Shown here one piece after another: positions 13,117-23,069 of a stretch of 42,065 nucleotides of DNA. The stretch's first letter is position 1, and the number at the start of each line of letters is the position of its first letter. Source of the DNA: Thermodesulfobacteriota bacterium (GTDB lineage Bacteria; Desulfobacterota; WTBG01); contig JAZFSJ010000376.1 in assembly GCA_036446115.1 (NCBI GenBank), forward strand, positions 1-42,065, given 5' to 3'. The translations under genes and the position numbers were made by a program. The notes below the pieces were generated by a model, which was not told the origin of the DNA, made no database searches, and worked only from the letters and a program-made list of their open reading frames with translations.

Positions 13117-13572
13117 ATGAAAGAAATAAAACTAACTCAAGGCAAGGTGGCTTTAGTTGACGATGAGGATTTTGAGTTTTTATCTCAATGGAGTTGGTAT
13201 TATTTGAATGGATATGCCAGAAGAACTGAAAATATTGACAGTAGTTGTATCTTTTTACATAGGGCAATATTAAAAAATTCTAAGGATATGGAGATAGACC
13301 ATATCAATAATGATAAGTTAGATAATAGGCGTAGTAATCTGAGACTGTGTACTCATAAAGAAAATTCTCAGAATAGAAAGATTGGAATCAACAATACTTC
13401 TGGTTACAAAGGGGTTCATAAACGTCCTGATGGAAGATGGCAAGCAAGAATTGTTGTTAACGATAAGAGAGTTTCTTTAGGATACTTTCGGAATATCTCA
13501 GATGCAGTTTTGGCATACAATGATGCTGCCGAGAAGTATTATGGTGAATTTGCTAACTTAAATAGGATTTAA
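13117..13572 (+). CDS. HNH homing endonuclease with AP2 domain (copy 2 of 3), immediately upstream of terL
   Basis: The HNH motif is DHINNDKLDNRRSNLRLCTHKEN. The AP2 motif is SGYKGV..RPDGRWQARI...KRVSLGYF....DAVLAYNDAAEKYYGEFA. Confidence 0.85.
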   Translation: MKEIKLTQGKVALVDDEDFEFLSQWSWYYLNGYARRTENIDSSCIFLHRAILKNSKDMEIDHINNDKLDNRRSNLRLCTHKENSQNRKIGINNTSGYKGVHKRPDGRWQARIVVNDKRVSLGYFRNISDAVLAYNDAAEKYYGEFANLNRI

Positions 13573-13574
13573 TA

Positions 13575-15203
13575 GTGGCAAAGAGATTAACCAAAAGACA
13601 AAAAGAAAAGAAACTCGAAAAAATTGAGATTCTTAGAAAACAAATAGCAGAATACAAGGAAGCTATCGAAGTAGCAAAAGAGGCAAATCCATTTGTGTTC
13701 TTTGAACCTTCAGACGGAACTATCCCTCCAGACAGAATGGGACTTCTGAATGAGTTTTTAAAAGAAGATGATCTGCCGTCTGGGAAGTTGGATTCTCAGT
13801 TAGACTGTGTTCTGAGCGAAGCTAACATTATTGGTGCTTCAGGTGGTAACAGGGCAGGTAAGTCAGCCATCAGTGCGATTAAGGGTGCTATCAAGTCCAC
13901 AGGAGAGCTTCCCAAGGCTTTAAAGGAGTACGAACATACACCATCAATAGCAAGGGACTTAGACCGCTTTAAGAGACGTTTTGCCAAGGGACAACCGATA
14001 TTAGGTCGTGTTATAGGCGTAGATTTTAAGCAACTATCAAATACTGTAATACCAACATGGCAGAAGTGGATTCCGAAAGAATATTTACTGAATGGCAAGT
14101 GGAAGGATTCATTCTCAGCACAACATTCGACTCTATCACTGTTTAAAGATAATATTTGCTGTGCCAAGATAGAGTTTATGACTAATCAGATGGACGCAAC
14201 GTCCTTTCAGGGACCGGACTTAGATTGGGTGATGTATGATGAGGAGCCGAAACTATCTATCTACAAAGAAAACAACTACCGTTTTGGTACTTCTGAGTAT
14301 CTTGACGTTGGGATTTATTGGACACCGACTCAGGGGCTGACTTGGGCTACCGATTTGTTTCATAACTCTGGACTTTTCGATGATGAAGAGGAAGGTGTTG
14401 AGACAAACGTAGAATTATTCAAATTATGCTCTGTTACGAACAAAAAGGTTAATGTAGGTGTTTTAAGGTCGATTCTCCAAGATGCAATGTCGTATGAAGA
14501 GATAAGAATGAGGCTCTTGGGAGAGGCAATAAGTCTTTCTGGCTTGGTTTACGGACGACTTTTCACGAAAGAGCATATTATAGAGCCGTTTATAGAGGAC
14601 TATCACTCGAAACATGAGTATCTATGTATTACAGGCATGGATCCTCACTTAGTAACACCTTCTGCAATGGTTTTTCTCTTAGTTGATAGGGAAAACAACT
14701 GGTATATAGACAGATGCCACTCAGATGACGGTGATACAGAGCAAATGAAAGAACATTGGCACGAGATTGTTAAGACAAATGGATACAGAACAGGTTGGGC
14801 CGTTGCAGATAAGTCGAGCAATAGCTCGATCATGGCCTTTGGTGGACGAAACATATTCAGAGAACTTAGTATGGGAGCAAATGCTATACCTGCTCTCAGA
14901 ACTTCAGAGAAGTACGAAGGTTCAATCAAGGCAGGAGTTGATGAGATTAAGAAACGACTCCGTAATAAGACTCTTTTTATCGTTAACAGAAAAGAAAATA
15001 AAGACCTGATACAGTCTTTCAGGACCTTAGAGAGAGAAACATACGCAAATGAAGAGTTGAATGGCCCTAAAGACCGTATAAGAGAGGGTAAACACCACTT
15101 TCACGCAGCTTTTAGGTACATTTCGCAGTATCCTTGTTCATGGTACGGAGAAGTAATACAGGCTCCAGAACCTGAATTTTATGATGAAGCAGCCCAATAT
15201 TAG
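13575..15203 (+). CDS. terL: terminase large subunit
   Basis: It has Walker A GASGGNRAGKS and the Walker B-like motif DWVMYDEEP. It is 542 aa, lies directly upstream of the portal, and has a GTG start. Confidence 0.8.
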   Translation: MAKRLTKRQKEKKLEKIEILRKQIAEYKEAIEVAKEANPFVFFEPSDGTIPPDRMGLLNEFLKEDDLPSGKLDSQLDCVLSEANIIGASGGNRAGKSAISAIKGAIKSTGELPKALKEYEHTPSIARDLDRFKRRFAKGQPILGRVIGVDFKQLSNTVIPTWQKWIPKEYLLNGKWKDSFSAQHSTLSLFKDNICCAKIEFMTNQMDATSFQGPDLDWVMYDEEPKLSIYKENNYRFGTSEYLDVGIYWTPTQGLTWATDLFHNSGLFDDEEEGVETNVELFKLCSVTNKKVNVGVLRSILQDAMSYEEIRMRLLGEAISLSGLVYGRLFTKEHIIEPFIEDYHSKHEYLCITGMDPHLVTPSAMVFLLVDRENNWYIDRCHSDDGDTEQMKEHWHEIVKTNGYRTGWAVADKSSNSSIMAFGGRNIFRELSMGANAIPALRTSEKYEGSIKAGVDEIKKRLRNKTLFIVNRKENKDLIQSFRTLERETYANEELNGPKDRIREGKHHFHAAFRYISQYPCSWYGEVIQAPEPEFYDEAAQY

Positions 15204-15211
15204 AGGAATCA

Positions 15212-17047
15212 ATGGCTAACGCTAAGTTAACAGATGAGTTTCTTGAAGATCACGCCAGAAAACTTTTCACCAGTTCTAAGAATTGGACTGATGCTGAGAT
15301 AAGGCAGTCGTGGATTGATGGTAATGACCAATATAATGGAATATTTAAGACTAGCGACAAGAAAAACTCTAAAGTCGTTGCGGATAAGCGACTCTTTATC
15401 AACAAAACTTACAGCCATATACAGCGTATGCACGTTGACATTATGGATACCTTCTTCTTTGACCCTGAAGAGATAGTCAGTGTAGCCTCTTGGAAGTCCA
15501 TTCCTTCCGATACAAGAGATATGGTCAAAGCCCTTCTTAATTACAGACTCAATTCCCATCCTATTAACTTCTATTCTGAATTACACGAGGCTACGCTTGA
15601 CGCTCTAAAGAATAAGATAGGCATATTCAAGGTTTATCCAGAATTAGAGACTGAAGGAAAGGGTGATGATGAGAAAATCACCAAATATGCTCCTGTTATA
15701 GAGACTCTGCCTTACGAAGATGTATTTTTCGACTCTTCTGCTACTTGGAAGGACTATTACAAGTACCCTATAGTCATTAGGATGCGTAAATCCAGAGATT
15801 ACCTTGAGCGTAAGGGCTATAAGAACCTTGAAGACATAGAACCTGCCAATAATACTACGGATACTGTAAAACAGAATAGAGAAATCACTCAAGGGTCGCC
15901 TTTTGCCGTAGAAGAGAAGGATGAGGGTCTTGAAGAGACTTTTGTTTACGAGATATGGACTTTCCTTGACATTGAAGGTAAGGGTAAGGTGGAATCCGCA
16001 TCCTATGTGATGATTGGCAGCTCAGAAGGCCCTACAACCATCGTGAGAGGGCTTGAGAAGAACGAACTGCCTTACAGCGACCTATCGGCTAACGAACCAG
16101 ACAATCGCTCTCCTATAGTCGCTGGGGCGGCTCTACCTGAACCTCATCAGATGTATGGCAAGTCTTGGCCTGAGATTCTTGAAGCCTTACAGAGAGAAAC
16201 TAACGCTATACGGAATCAGAACCGTGAAGCTACCGCAATAGCTATGAGAAGACCATTACTTGTCTCAAGACACGCTAATCTCGACTTAACTTCTCTTGTT
16301 CGTAGGAAAACTGGCGGGATTGTACTTGGAGATGACATCTCTCCTAACGCTGTTAGGGAACTTGAGATTTCCCCACCTTCAAACGCAAGTATTCAAGAGC
16401 AGATAAGAACTGACTCGGATATTTTCGAGATGACCTCTATATCTCCTAACCTTTTAGGTGCTTCAAGTCGTGGAGAAGAAACTGCCACAGAGGTTACAAG
16501 CCAGAACGTCAATGCAAACAAAAAATTAGCTCAGATAATCAAAAATCTTGCCAATACTCTTGTGCTTCCTGCATTCAATATGCTCCTTAGACTTGAACAG
16601 ACATACGAAGATGATGAATTTATTCGTTTAGTAACTGGAAGAATCTTAGGATGGAATCTTGCAGACGATGGGGAGCCTCTTCGTGAAGTAATAGAGGGAG
16701 ATTTTGATCTGAAAGTCAATCTTGGTATAAATAAACAGATTCAGTCAAATAAGTGGCTCATGCTTATGGATAGGGCTACTCAGGCTAACGCTGCTACGGG
16801 TCAGTTAGTCCAAATGGGCGTTGTAGACCCTGCTCAGGTAAGATTCCAAGACCCTGCTGTTTACTTCAGGAAGGCGCAGGCTGTTTTAGGGGAGAAGAAC
16901 TCAGATGAATTTGAAATTCAGGCGCAAGCTCCACCGCAGGAAGCGGAAGCAGGGGGAGTTGCTTCTCAGGCAGGTCTGGAAACGGAAGGGAACATACAGT
17001 TTGGAGGAACTAACCAAGAAGCATTGAGTGGATTAGCACAGGCGTAA
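15212..17047 (+). CDS. portal protein
   Basis: A 611-aa ORF immediately after terL and before the scaffold and capsid genes. The call is positional, and I did not place the family. Confidence 0.65.
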   Translation: MANAKLTDEFLEDHARKLFTSSKNWTDAEIRQSWIDGNDQYNGIFKTSDKKNSKVVADKRLFINKTYSHIQRMHVDIMDTFFFDPEEIVSVASWKSIPSDTRDMVKALLNYRLNSHPINFYSELHEATLDALKNKIGIFKVYPELETEGKGDDEKITKYAPVIETLPYEDVFFDSSATWKDYYKYPIVIRMRKSRDYLERKGYKNLEDIEPANNTTDTVKQNREITQGSPFAVEEKDEGLEETFVYEIWTFLDIEGKGKVESASYVMIGSSEGPTTIVRGLEKNELPYSDLSANEPDNRSPIVAGAALPEPHQMYGKSWPEILEALQRETNAIRNQNREATAIAMRRPLLVSRHANLDLTSLVRRKTGGIVLGDDISPNAVRELEISPPSNASIQEQIRTDSDIFEMTSISPNLLGASSRGEETATEVTSQNVNANKKLAQIIKNLANTLVLPAFNMLLRLEQTYEDDEFIRLVTGRILGWNLADDGEPLREVIEGDFDLKVNLGINKQIQSNKWLMLMDRATQANAATGQLVQMGVVDPAQVRFQDPAVYFRKAQAVLGEKNSDEFEIQAQAPPQEAEAGGVASQAGLETEGNIQFGGTNQEALSGLAQA

Positions 17048-17056
17048 GGGGGCGAT

Positions 17057-17350
17057 ATGGACGATGTTGAATATGACAGGGCAAGGTCTTTTACAGGAGA
17101 AACTCTTGAGAACTTAATAATCTCCGAAGGGTGGAGGGTTTTCAAGGAGAAGGTGCTGGATGTTGAGTATGATGATGCGTTTAAATCGTTCAAGTCGGCA
17201 GACACAACGAAACCTGAACAAATCATTAGAGCGCAGCAGAAGGCGTTATTGATAGAGGGCATAGAGTCCAAAGTGAATCAATTAATAATGGAAGGACATC
17301 TCGCACAAGACAATTTGTCGGGATTATCCGAAGGAGAAGAGAATGAGTGA
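17057..17350 (+). CDS. hypothetical head-module protein (97 aa)
   Basis: Track ORF between the portal and scaffold genes. Confidence 0.55.
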   Translation: MDDVEYDRARSFTGETLENLIISEGWRVFKEKVLDVEYDDAFKSFKSADTTKPEQIIRAQQKALLIEGIESKVNQLIMEGHLAQDNLSGLSEGEENE

Positions 17351-18218
17351 GTCTACCGCAGAGGCGACTACCGAAGTACAGGAACCGACTATTGGCAAAA
17401 ACCTTTTCCCAGAGCAGTTTACTGACGATACAGAGACTGTTGAGGAGGAGACTGAGGCAATAGAAACCGAACCTGCTACCAAGGAACCCGTTGAAGAGAC
17501 TAAAACTGATGAAGTTGAGTACCTTAATATCGAAGAACTCAGCGACAAAGTATTTAAGCTCAAGATCAATGGAGAGGAATCTACTATAACAGTCAAGGAT
17601 GCTCTAAGACGTATACAGACGGATAAGCACTTGACACAGGAAGGGCAGAGATTAGCTGAAGAGAGAAGGCAGTTGGATGCGTTGAAGAATAGCGTGGCTG
17701 ATAAGTCAGTCGAACCCAAGAAGGAGAGTTGGGAAGAGGGCTATGAAGACGAATCTACTGTTAATCCAGATATAGCAGACTTAAAGGCACAGGTTGCTAC
17801 ACTAACCGATGCTTTAGGTGCTGTTAATCAGAATCTCGCTCCAACTGTGTACGAGCAGAACGTAAAGGCTATAGATAATTACTTAAGAGAACAGGGTTAC
17901 GATGACTTTATGGTTTACAGACCGAGGGTTGAGGAGCATTTCTTGACCTATTCCGTTGAAGACCAAGCTAAAGTCTCGGAAGTTGATCTGATAAGTAAGT
18001 ATAAGGACTTGAAAATTCAGGACATGACAAAAAGTGCTGAACAGAAGTCCACTGAACCTGCTGAAAACCGTAAATCCCCAGCAATAGTCAATGTTATTGG
18101 GGGTTCAAGTACGCCATCTGGAGCAGACGAAGACGATATGAAGTATTCAAAAGCCTTTGAACGAGCGCAGGAAACAGGAGACTGGGGTCCTGTACTTAAG
18201 TTAAAAGGGCTGTTTTAA
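17343..18218 (+). CDS. scaffolding protein candidate
   Basis: It is acidic and helix-rich (TE-rich N-terminus, coiled-coil middle) and lies directly upstream of the major capsid gene. Confidence 0.55.
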   Translation: MSESTAEATTEVQEPTIGKNLFPEQFTDDTETVEEETEAIETEPATKEPVEETKTDEVEYLNIEELSDKVFKLKINGEESTITVKDALRRIQTDKHLTQEGQRLAEERRQLDALKNSVADKSVEPKKESWEEGYEDESTVNPDIADLKAQVATLTDALGAVNQNLAPTVYEQNVKAIDNYLREQGYDDFMVYRPRVEEHFLTYSVEDQAKVSEVDLISKYKDLKIQDMTKSAEQKSTEPAENRKSPAIVNVIGGSSTPSGADEDDMKYSKAFERAQETGDWGPVLKLKGLF

Positions 18219-18227
18219 GGAGTAGTC

Positions 18228-19133
18228 ATGGCAATACCAACTAATACATTTACCACCTATGAAGCTATAGGTATCCGTGAGGATTTGACCGACATCGTAA
18301 CTACTATTAGTCCAGTGGATACTTGGGTCACTTCCAATACAGGCAACAAGAGGTCTACAAACCGTTATCACGAGTGGCAGAGAGACGCACTTGCTGCTGC
18401 TGCTGTTAACAAAGTGATTGAGGGCGATTCGGCTACCGCAACTGCTGTAACCCCAAGGTCAAGAGAAGGTAACTATAACCAGATACTCAGGAAGACATGG
18501 CAGATTTCCGATACTGACATGGCTGTCAATACTGCTGGTGGTAGTGAAGATTCTCAGCAGTTAACTAAGCATCTCGCAGAGCTTGCAAGAGATATTGAGT
18601 ATGCTCTTGTAATCAACGCAACTTCTGCTTCTGGTGCTTCTGGTACTGCAAGGCAGATGAAAGGTATGCTTGGTTGGATTTCCACGAACAACGAGACTGG
18701 TGCTGGTACTGCTAATGAAGCCCTCACAGAGACTATGCTGAACGATGCTCTCTCTGATATATGGGCTGCTGGTGGTAAACCATCCAATATTCTTGTTGGT
18801 GGATTTAATAAGAGGAAAATCTCTAACTTCTCTACTAATACTCGTAACGTAGCTGCTACTGCTAAGGAACTTACCGCAGCAGTAGATATTTATGAGTCTG
18901 ACTTTGGTAGAATCGCTGTGAGACTGCACCATCAGCTTAACACTACGGCTGCTGGTACTCTTATCATCCTTGGTGAGATGTCTCATTGGAACAAAGCATG
19001 GCTCAGACCTGTTAAAAGGGAAGTGCTTGCAAGAGACAGTGCATCAACGAAGTACATGGTTGAGGCTGAACTTACCCTTGAAAGTCTCTCTGAGGCTGGA
19101 CATGGTAAGATCACGCTACTTACCTCAGCTTAA
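18228..19133 (+). CDS. major capsid protein (SU10/DUF5309-type, HK97 fold)
   Basis: The N-terminal block TYEAIGIREDLTDIVTTISPVDTWVTSN...HEWQRDALAAA matches the SU10-type MCP signature. Position and size also fit. Confidence 0.8.
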   Translation: MAIPTNTFTTYEAIGIREDLTDIVTTISPVDTWVTSNTGNKRSTNRYHEWQRDALAAAAVNKVIEGDSATATAVTPRSREGNYNQILRKTWQISDTDMAVNTAGGSEDSQQLTKHLAELARDIEYALVINATSASGASGTARQMKGMLGWISTNNETGAGTANEALTETMLNDALSDIWAAGGKPSNILVGGFNKRKISNFSTNTRNVAATAKELTAAVDIYESDFGRIAVRLHHQLNTTAAGTLIILGEMSHWNKAWLRPVKREVLARDSASTKYMVEAELTLESLSEAGHGKITLLTSA

Positions 19134-19148
19134 TCAATAGGTTAGGAT

Positions 19149-19164
19149 GGGGAGGACGCTCCCC
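19149..19164 (+). terminator. GC stem-loop after capsid gene (GGGGAG-GACG-CTCCCC)
   Basis: A perfect 6-bp stem lies 16 nt after the MCP stop. There is no clear U-tract, so it may be an attenuator or stability element rather than a full terminator. Confidence 0.3.
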
Positions 19165-19183
19165 TGACTAATTTGGAGAGATT

Positions 19184-19492
19184 ATGATAATTAAAGATTC
19201 AGACAGAGCAGACCCTACTCTTGTAGGTACGACTTATGAGGGCGATCACTATACTCACCACCATGCTCAGGATACGAGTACTATACAGGCAGGTTGCCAC
19301 GAACTAAGACAAGATGGGACTAATGGTTGGACTGAGGAAAGAACTATGAGGAAAATAGCTTCAATACCTGCTTTAGATGCTGTTAGGTTGGGTAATGAGC
19401 GTCCGGGATTCTTCAGTTCTCCAGAGATGATAGGGGAGTACTTAAAGCGGGAGGGTGAGAAGTATCTCACTGTTAAAAAGAACACTATATGA
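19184..19492 (+). CDS. hypothetical protein (102 aa)
   Basis: Track ORF with GGAGAG upstream and an ATGA overlap with the next gene. Confidence 0.6.
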   Translation: MIIKDSDRADPTLVGTTYEGDHYTHHHAQDTSTIQAGCHELRQDGTNGWTEERTMRKIASIPALDAVRLGNERPGFFSSPEMIGEYLKREGEKYLTVKKNTI

Positions 19493-20352
19493 ACAAGAAG
19501 ATACTCTTAGGCACGATTGTCTACGATAAATACATAGATATATTCGAGAGTGTCTGCTTAAGGTCACTGAAGCAAAAGGGGAATATCCCTGCTCTCTTGG
19601 AAGATGGCTACGAGATACGTTACTACATCTACACACTGTCAGACCCTAATTTGCAAAGAGTAAAGAAGATAAGAATTAAAGGAGTAAGTATAGAGGTCTT
19701 TCACTTTTCGGAGATGGACAATACTAAGTTACTCCATGCAATGATAGAGCAGTCAATAGGTCAGGATGCCAGATTACTATTTATGAGTCCTGATTACTTC
19801 ATAGGAGATGGTTCTCTTTACAACTTATGTTCGTATAGTAACAACAATAATCTCTGTATCGCTGCTTTACACATGAGGGTGGACTTCGACAAGTTTCTAA
19901 GGGTAATGGATGAGAATAAGGACAGTATATCGAATCCGCAGTTGGTTAGCTTGGCGATGGAGAATTTACATAAGAGTTGGGGGGAATCGTTCATAGATGA
20001 AGATAGCAACAATAGTTACTTTTCCGGTTCAGCAGTACAGAAGATTAATAAGAATTTATGGAGCGTTAGTTTTCGGATACCAACCGTATTTTTAGCAAAG
20101 TTTGAACGGTCAGACATAGAGGCACTACCGCAGTTTGATTATTGGGATTGGGAATGGCCTGCGACACTGATTGACGACAAGAGGTATAAGTTTATAGGCA
20201 GTAGTGATATGTTCTTTGCAGTTGAGTTAACACAAGAGAAAGAGAACATACCTTGTACGCAGGCAGGAATGATTTGGAACGATGATTTTAGGGTGGACAA
20301 GAGACATTCGGAGATAAACAGGAATTTCTTGGCAGTTCTAAGGGGGAATTAA
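19489..20352 (+). CDS. hypothetical protein, possible GT-A-like enzyme (287 aa)
   Basis: It is translationally coupled to the GT2-like gene (TAATG). LLFMSPDYFIGDG is only weakly DxD-like. Confidence 0.3.
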   Translation: MNKKILLGTIVYDKYIDIFESVCLRSLKQKGNIPALLEDGYEIRYYIYTLSDPNLQRVKKIRIKGVSIEVFHFSEMDNTKLLHAMIEQSIGQDARLLFMSPDYFIGDGSLYNLCSYSNNNNLCIAALHMRVDFDKFLRVMDENKDSISNPQLVSLAMENLHKSWGESFIDEDSNNSYFSGSAVQKINKNLWSVSFRIPTVFLAKFERSDIEALPQFDYWDWEWPATLIDDKRYKFIGSSDMFFAVELTQEKENIPCTQAGMIWNDDFRVDKRHSEINRNFLAVLRGN

Positions 20353-20969
20353 TGGATGACGCAAGGGTGGACGTTTTAATACCAACAGCAGGCAAGAGGG
20401 TGGACGGACTGATTTATCAGATAAATGCTTTTATAGACCAAAGCTACACCCATAAGGTCATTTGGGTATTGATCGATGTAGATACAGAAGAGGAGTTTCA
20501 TGTTCTAAGGGCAAGGATATTCGACAGAACAAGACAGTATGCCCCTGTAGAGGTAGTTAGAGTCCCAGAAGATTACAGAGGTAAGCATGGGCATGGTCCA
20601 ATCAGGTATGCGATTGAAAGACTTGATTTGACAGGGGACTGGATAATTACTTCTGGAGATGATGACTCTGTTATGCCTTGGGCTTTAGAGGAACTTGTAA
20701 AGGCTTCTGGTGGAGTGAGCATGGTAATAGGTAAGGTTATTCCAGTAAGACGCGATCATAAATACTTACCGCACCATGTTTTAGGAGACAATATCACTCA
20801 TGGGCATATTACAGGAAGCTGCTGTCTATATAGTGCAGAGAAGATAAAGACGTTAGGGTATGATGATTCCAGATATGATGCTGATTGGGATATGATAGAG
20901 AAGATGATGAGATTCCCTCATAAACAGATAGATACTATACTGTTCGTAATGCCACAGTCATTCGAATGA
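20352..20969 (+). CDS. glycosyltransferase family 2-like (GT-A)
   Basis: The N-terminal motif is VDVLIPTAGKR..L...I.....QSY. The acidic motif is SGDDDSVMPWALEEL. Confidence 0.55.
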   Translation: MDDARVDVLIPTAGKRVDGLIYQINAFIDQSYTHKVIWVLIDVDTEEEFHVLRARIFDRTRQYAPVEVVRVPEDYRGKHGHGPIRYAIERLDLTGDWIITSGDDDSVMPWALEELVKASGGVSMVIGKVIPVRRDHKYLPHHVLGDNITHGHITGSCCLYSAEKIKTLGYDDSRYDADWDMIEKMMRFPHKQIDTILFVMPQSFE

Positions 20970-21115
20970 TAAATAAACTCATAGAAGTTTGTATATTTTT
21001 CTTTATGTGCTTTTGCTTAATATTCATATTCCCGATAGCTATGGTGTCTGTTGGGTTGGAAGCTGGAAAAGACATCTACAATGGCAAGAAAGTAAAGTGG
21101 TGGGGTTTTAATTGA
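20966..21115 (+). CDS. micro-ORF, 49 aa membrane protein inside the GT island
   Basis: My translation is MINKLIEVCIFFFMCFCLIFIFPIAMVSVGLEAGKDIYNGKKVKWWGFN. It has an ATGA overlap upstream and overlaps the TTG start of the next gene. Confidence 0.45.
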   Translation: MINKLIEVCIFFFMCFCLIFIFPIAMVSVGLEAGKDIYNGKKVKWWGFN

Positions 21116-22245
21116 AAATATCAGCCGTAGTTAGGACAGAAGGGGCTTGCGACCACTACAGAGCCGTACAGCCGTTTGAAAGCATAAAGGCGACCACTGA
21201 TATAGATACGTCTATCTTGAGGCTGTCAGGCCGTCCTGAGAGCGTTCAGGAGGCGTTAGAGGCTGACGTGATGCTACTCCCGAGGGTTGCTAACGAAGAA
21301 TGGCTTAAAATCATGTCTGATTGGAAGAATATCGGTAAAAAGGTCGTTGTAGACTTCGATGACGATATATTCAATGTGAGTCCGTTTTCCCCGCACTACG
21401 AAGATCATGGACTTGAGAGTTTCACCTCTACCAAGAATGGTATTGAAGTTAAGTTGTGGGAAGCAGGTAAGAACCTAGACGTTGAGAAGAATAAGAAGAG
21501 TCTCGACATTATCAAGAAGGCTCTTGCTCTTGCGGATATGGTTACTGTTACTACTCCTATACTTGCAGAGGCTTATAAACCGTATAGTGATAACGTGGTT
21601 GTCTTACCTAATTGCATAGATTTAGACTTGTGGCAGAAGATGGACTTAAAATCCAACGATGAAATACGTCTATTCTGGGCGGGTGGTTCTTCTCATTACG
21701 AAGATTGGTTGATTATGACCGAAGTTCTGCCTGTAATTATGGATAAGTACCCACAGGTTAAGCTAGTCTTTATGGGAATGTGGGAGTTTGCCTTCAAAGA
21801 CATCGACCCTAAAAGGATTGAACGTCACAAATGGGTTCATATGAGTGCGTATCCGTATAAGGTCGCTTCGCTAAACCCGACTATTGGCATGATTCCTTTA
21901 GTGGACAATCAGTTCAACAGAGCTAAAAGTCCGATCAAGTGGGTTGAGATGGGAGCATTAGAAGTGCCCTGCGTAACATCCCTAGTATCGCCATATAAAG
22001 AGATTGGCACACCACATAACGGTATCTTCATAGAGAACAACAGCGTCAATGGTTGGATTAAGGGACTTTCCTTGCTAATAGAGGATAGTGTATTAAGAGC
22101 AAAGATGGGTGGTTACGCTAAGAAAACAGTTGAGAATCACTTTGATTGCAAGAAGAACGCTCATTTATGGATAGACGCTTATGAGACCTTACTTGACAAA
22201 CCTGTACCAGAGAAGTTTGCAAAGGTAGGTACTTATGGGTGGTAA
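21112..22245 (+). CDS. glycosyltransferase family 1/4-like (GT-B)
   Basis: The C-terminal half shows IRLFWAGG...KLVFMG...P.KWVEMGALEVPCVTS......NGIFIE......LI.D..LR..MG..A. This fits the GT4 E-x7-E-type region. It has a TTG start. Confidence 0.6.
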   Translation: MKISAVVRTEGACDHYRAVQPFESIKATTDIDTSILRLSGRPESVQEALEADVMLLPRVANEEWLKIMSDWKNIGKKVVVDFDDDIFNVSPFSPHYEDHGLESFTSTKNGIEVKLWEAGKNLDVEKNKKSLDIIKKALALADMVTVTTPILAEAYKPYSDNVVVLPNCIDLDLWQKMDLKSNDEIRLFWAGGSSHYEDWLIMTEVLPVIMDKYPQVKLVFMGMWEFAFKDIDPKRIERHKWVHMSAYPYKVASLNPTIGMIPLVDNQFNRAKSPIKWVEMGALEVPCVTSLVSPYKEIGTPHNGIFIENNSVNGWIKGLSLLIEDSVLRAKMGGYAKKTVENHFDCKKNAHLWIDAYETLLDKPVPEKFAKVGTYGW

Positions 22246-22468
22246 TGTAATAATAGAAGGTGAAGCTGGAGGGAAGGTAGAATCTACCAATGGTGCATTA
22301 AATGTCTCTGCTAATATTGCCGATGTAGATGTCATTGAAAATTCTTTAGTAATATCGAATAGAGAACTATATAGCATATTCAATCTGATGCTCAAGGAAC
22401 TTAAAATAATAAACATACATCTATCTATAGCAACAGATAATGAAATAAGTGAATGGGAGATTGATTAG
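22235..22468 (+). CDS. hypothetical protein (77 aa), head of paralogue array
   Basis: Track ORF that overlaps the end of the GT gene by 11 nt. Confidence 0.5.
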   Translation: MGGNVIIEGEAGGKVESTNGALNVSANIADVDVIENSLVISNRELYSIFNLMLKELKIINIHLSIATDNEISEWEID

Positions 22469-23059
22469 ATGATAGTATTAAAATCAGGTCTTAACGGAAA
22501 TGTTGCCAGAGTAGATGATGATAATAGGTTACATACTAATTCTAAGTCATTCTTTGCTGAAGAAGTAGCATCTCAGAACGGACGAGCGTTTATATGGCAT
22601 AGTGAATGTCATTTAGCAGCAGCAACAAGTGGTGGATTGCTGGCTTTTACTAGCACAGACCAGACAGACATTACCGCCATTTCAAGAATTTATATTGATG
22701 CTCATTCTCTAACAGATGACATTATTGTCTATCAGGTAAAGAACCCAACCTTGATTGGTGGAACAGATATAGGTGCAAATGGTATCGTTAATAAGAACTT
22801 TACTCAGGGAAGAACGATGGCTGGAAACCTAGTAACATCCGATGGGTCTGCCGATTTAACCTATACTGGTGGTACAAATTATCACTCCTTTATTATATCT
22901 AGTAAAGAGAAAGTAATTCGTGATATGCGAGGTACTAATATCCTTGGCAATGGAGATGTTATTCTTTGGGGTTGGGCTACTCTTGATGGTGGGAATGCAG
23001 TAGATGGAGAGAAAATAGCCTTATCTGTAAATACATACTTAATACCAACAGAAGCATAA
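22469..23059 (+). CDS. beta-rich virion-module protein, paralogue A (196 aa)
   Basis: It shares the N-terminal G..V.v..DNR(L/M)H block and a similar layout with 23070..23627. Confidence 0.6.
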   Translation: MIVLKSGLNGNVARVDDDNRLHTNSKSFFAEEVASQNGRAFIWHSECHLAAATSGGLLAFTSTDQTDITAISRIYIDAHSLTDDIIVYQVKNPTLIGGTDIGANGIVNKNFTQGRTMAGNLVTSDGSADLTYTGGTNYHSFIISSKEKVIRDMRGTNILGNGDVILWGWATLDGGNAVDGEKIALSVNTYLIPTEA

Positions 23060-23069
23060 GGAGATACAA

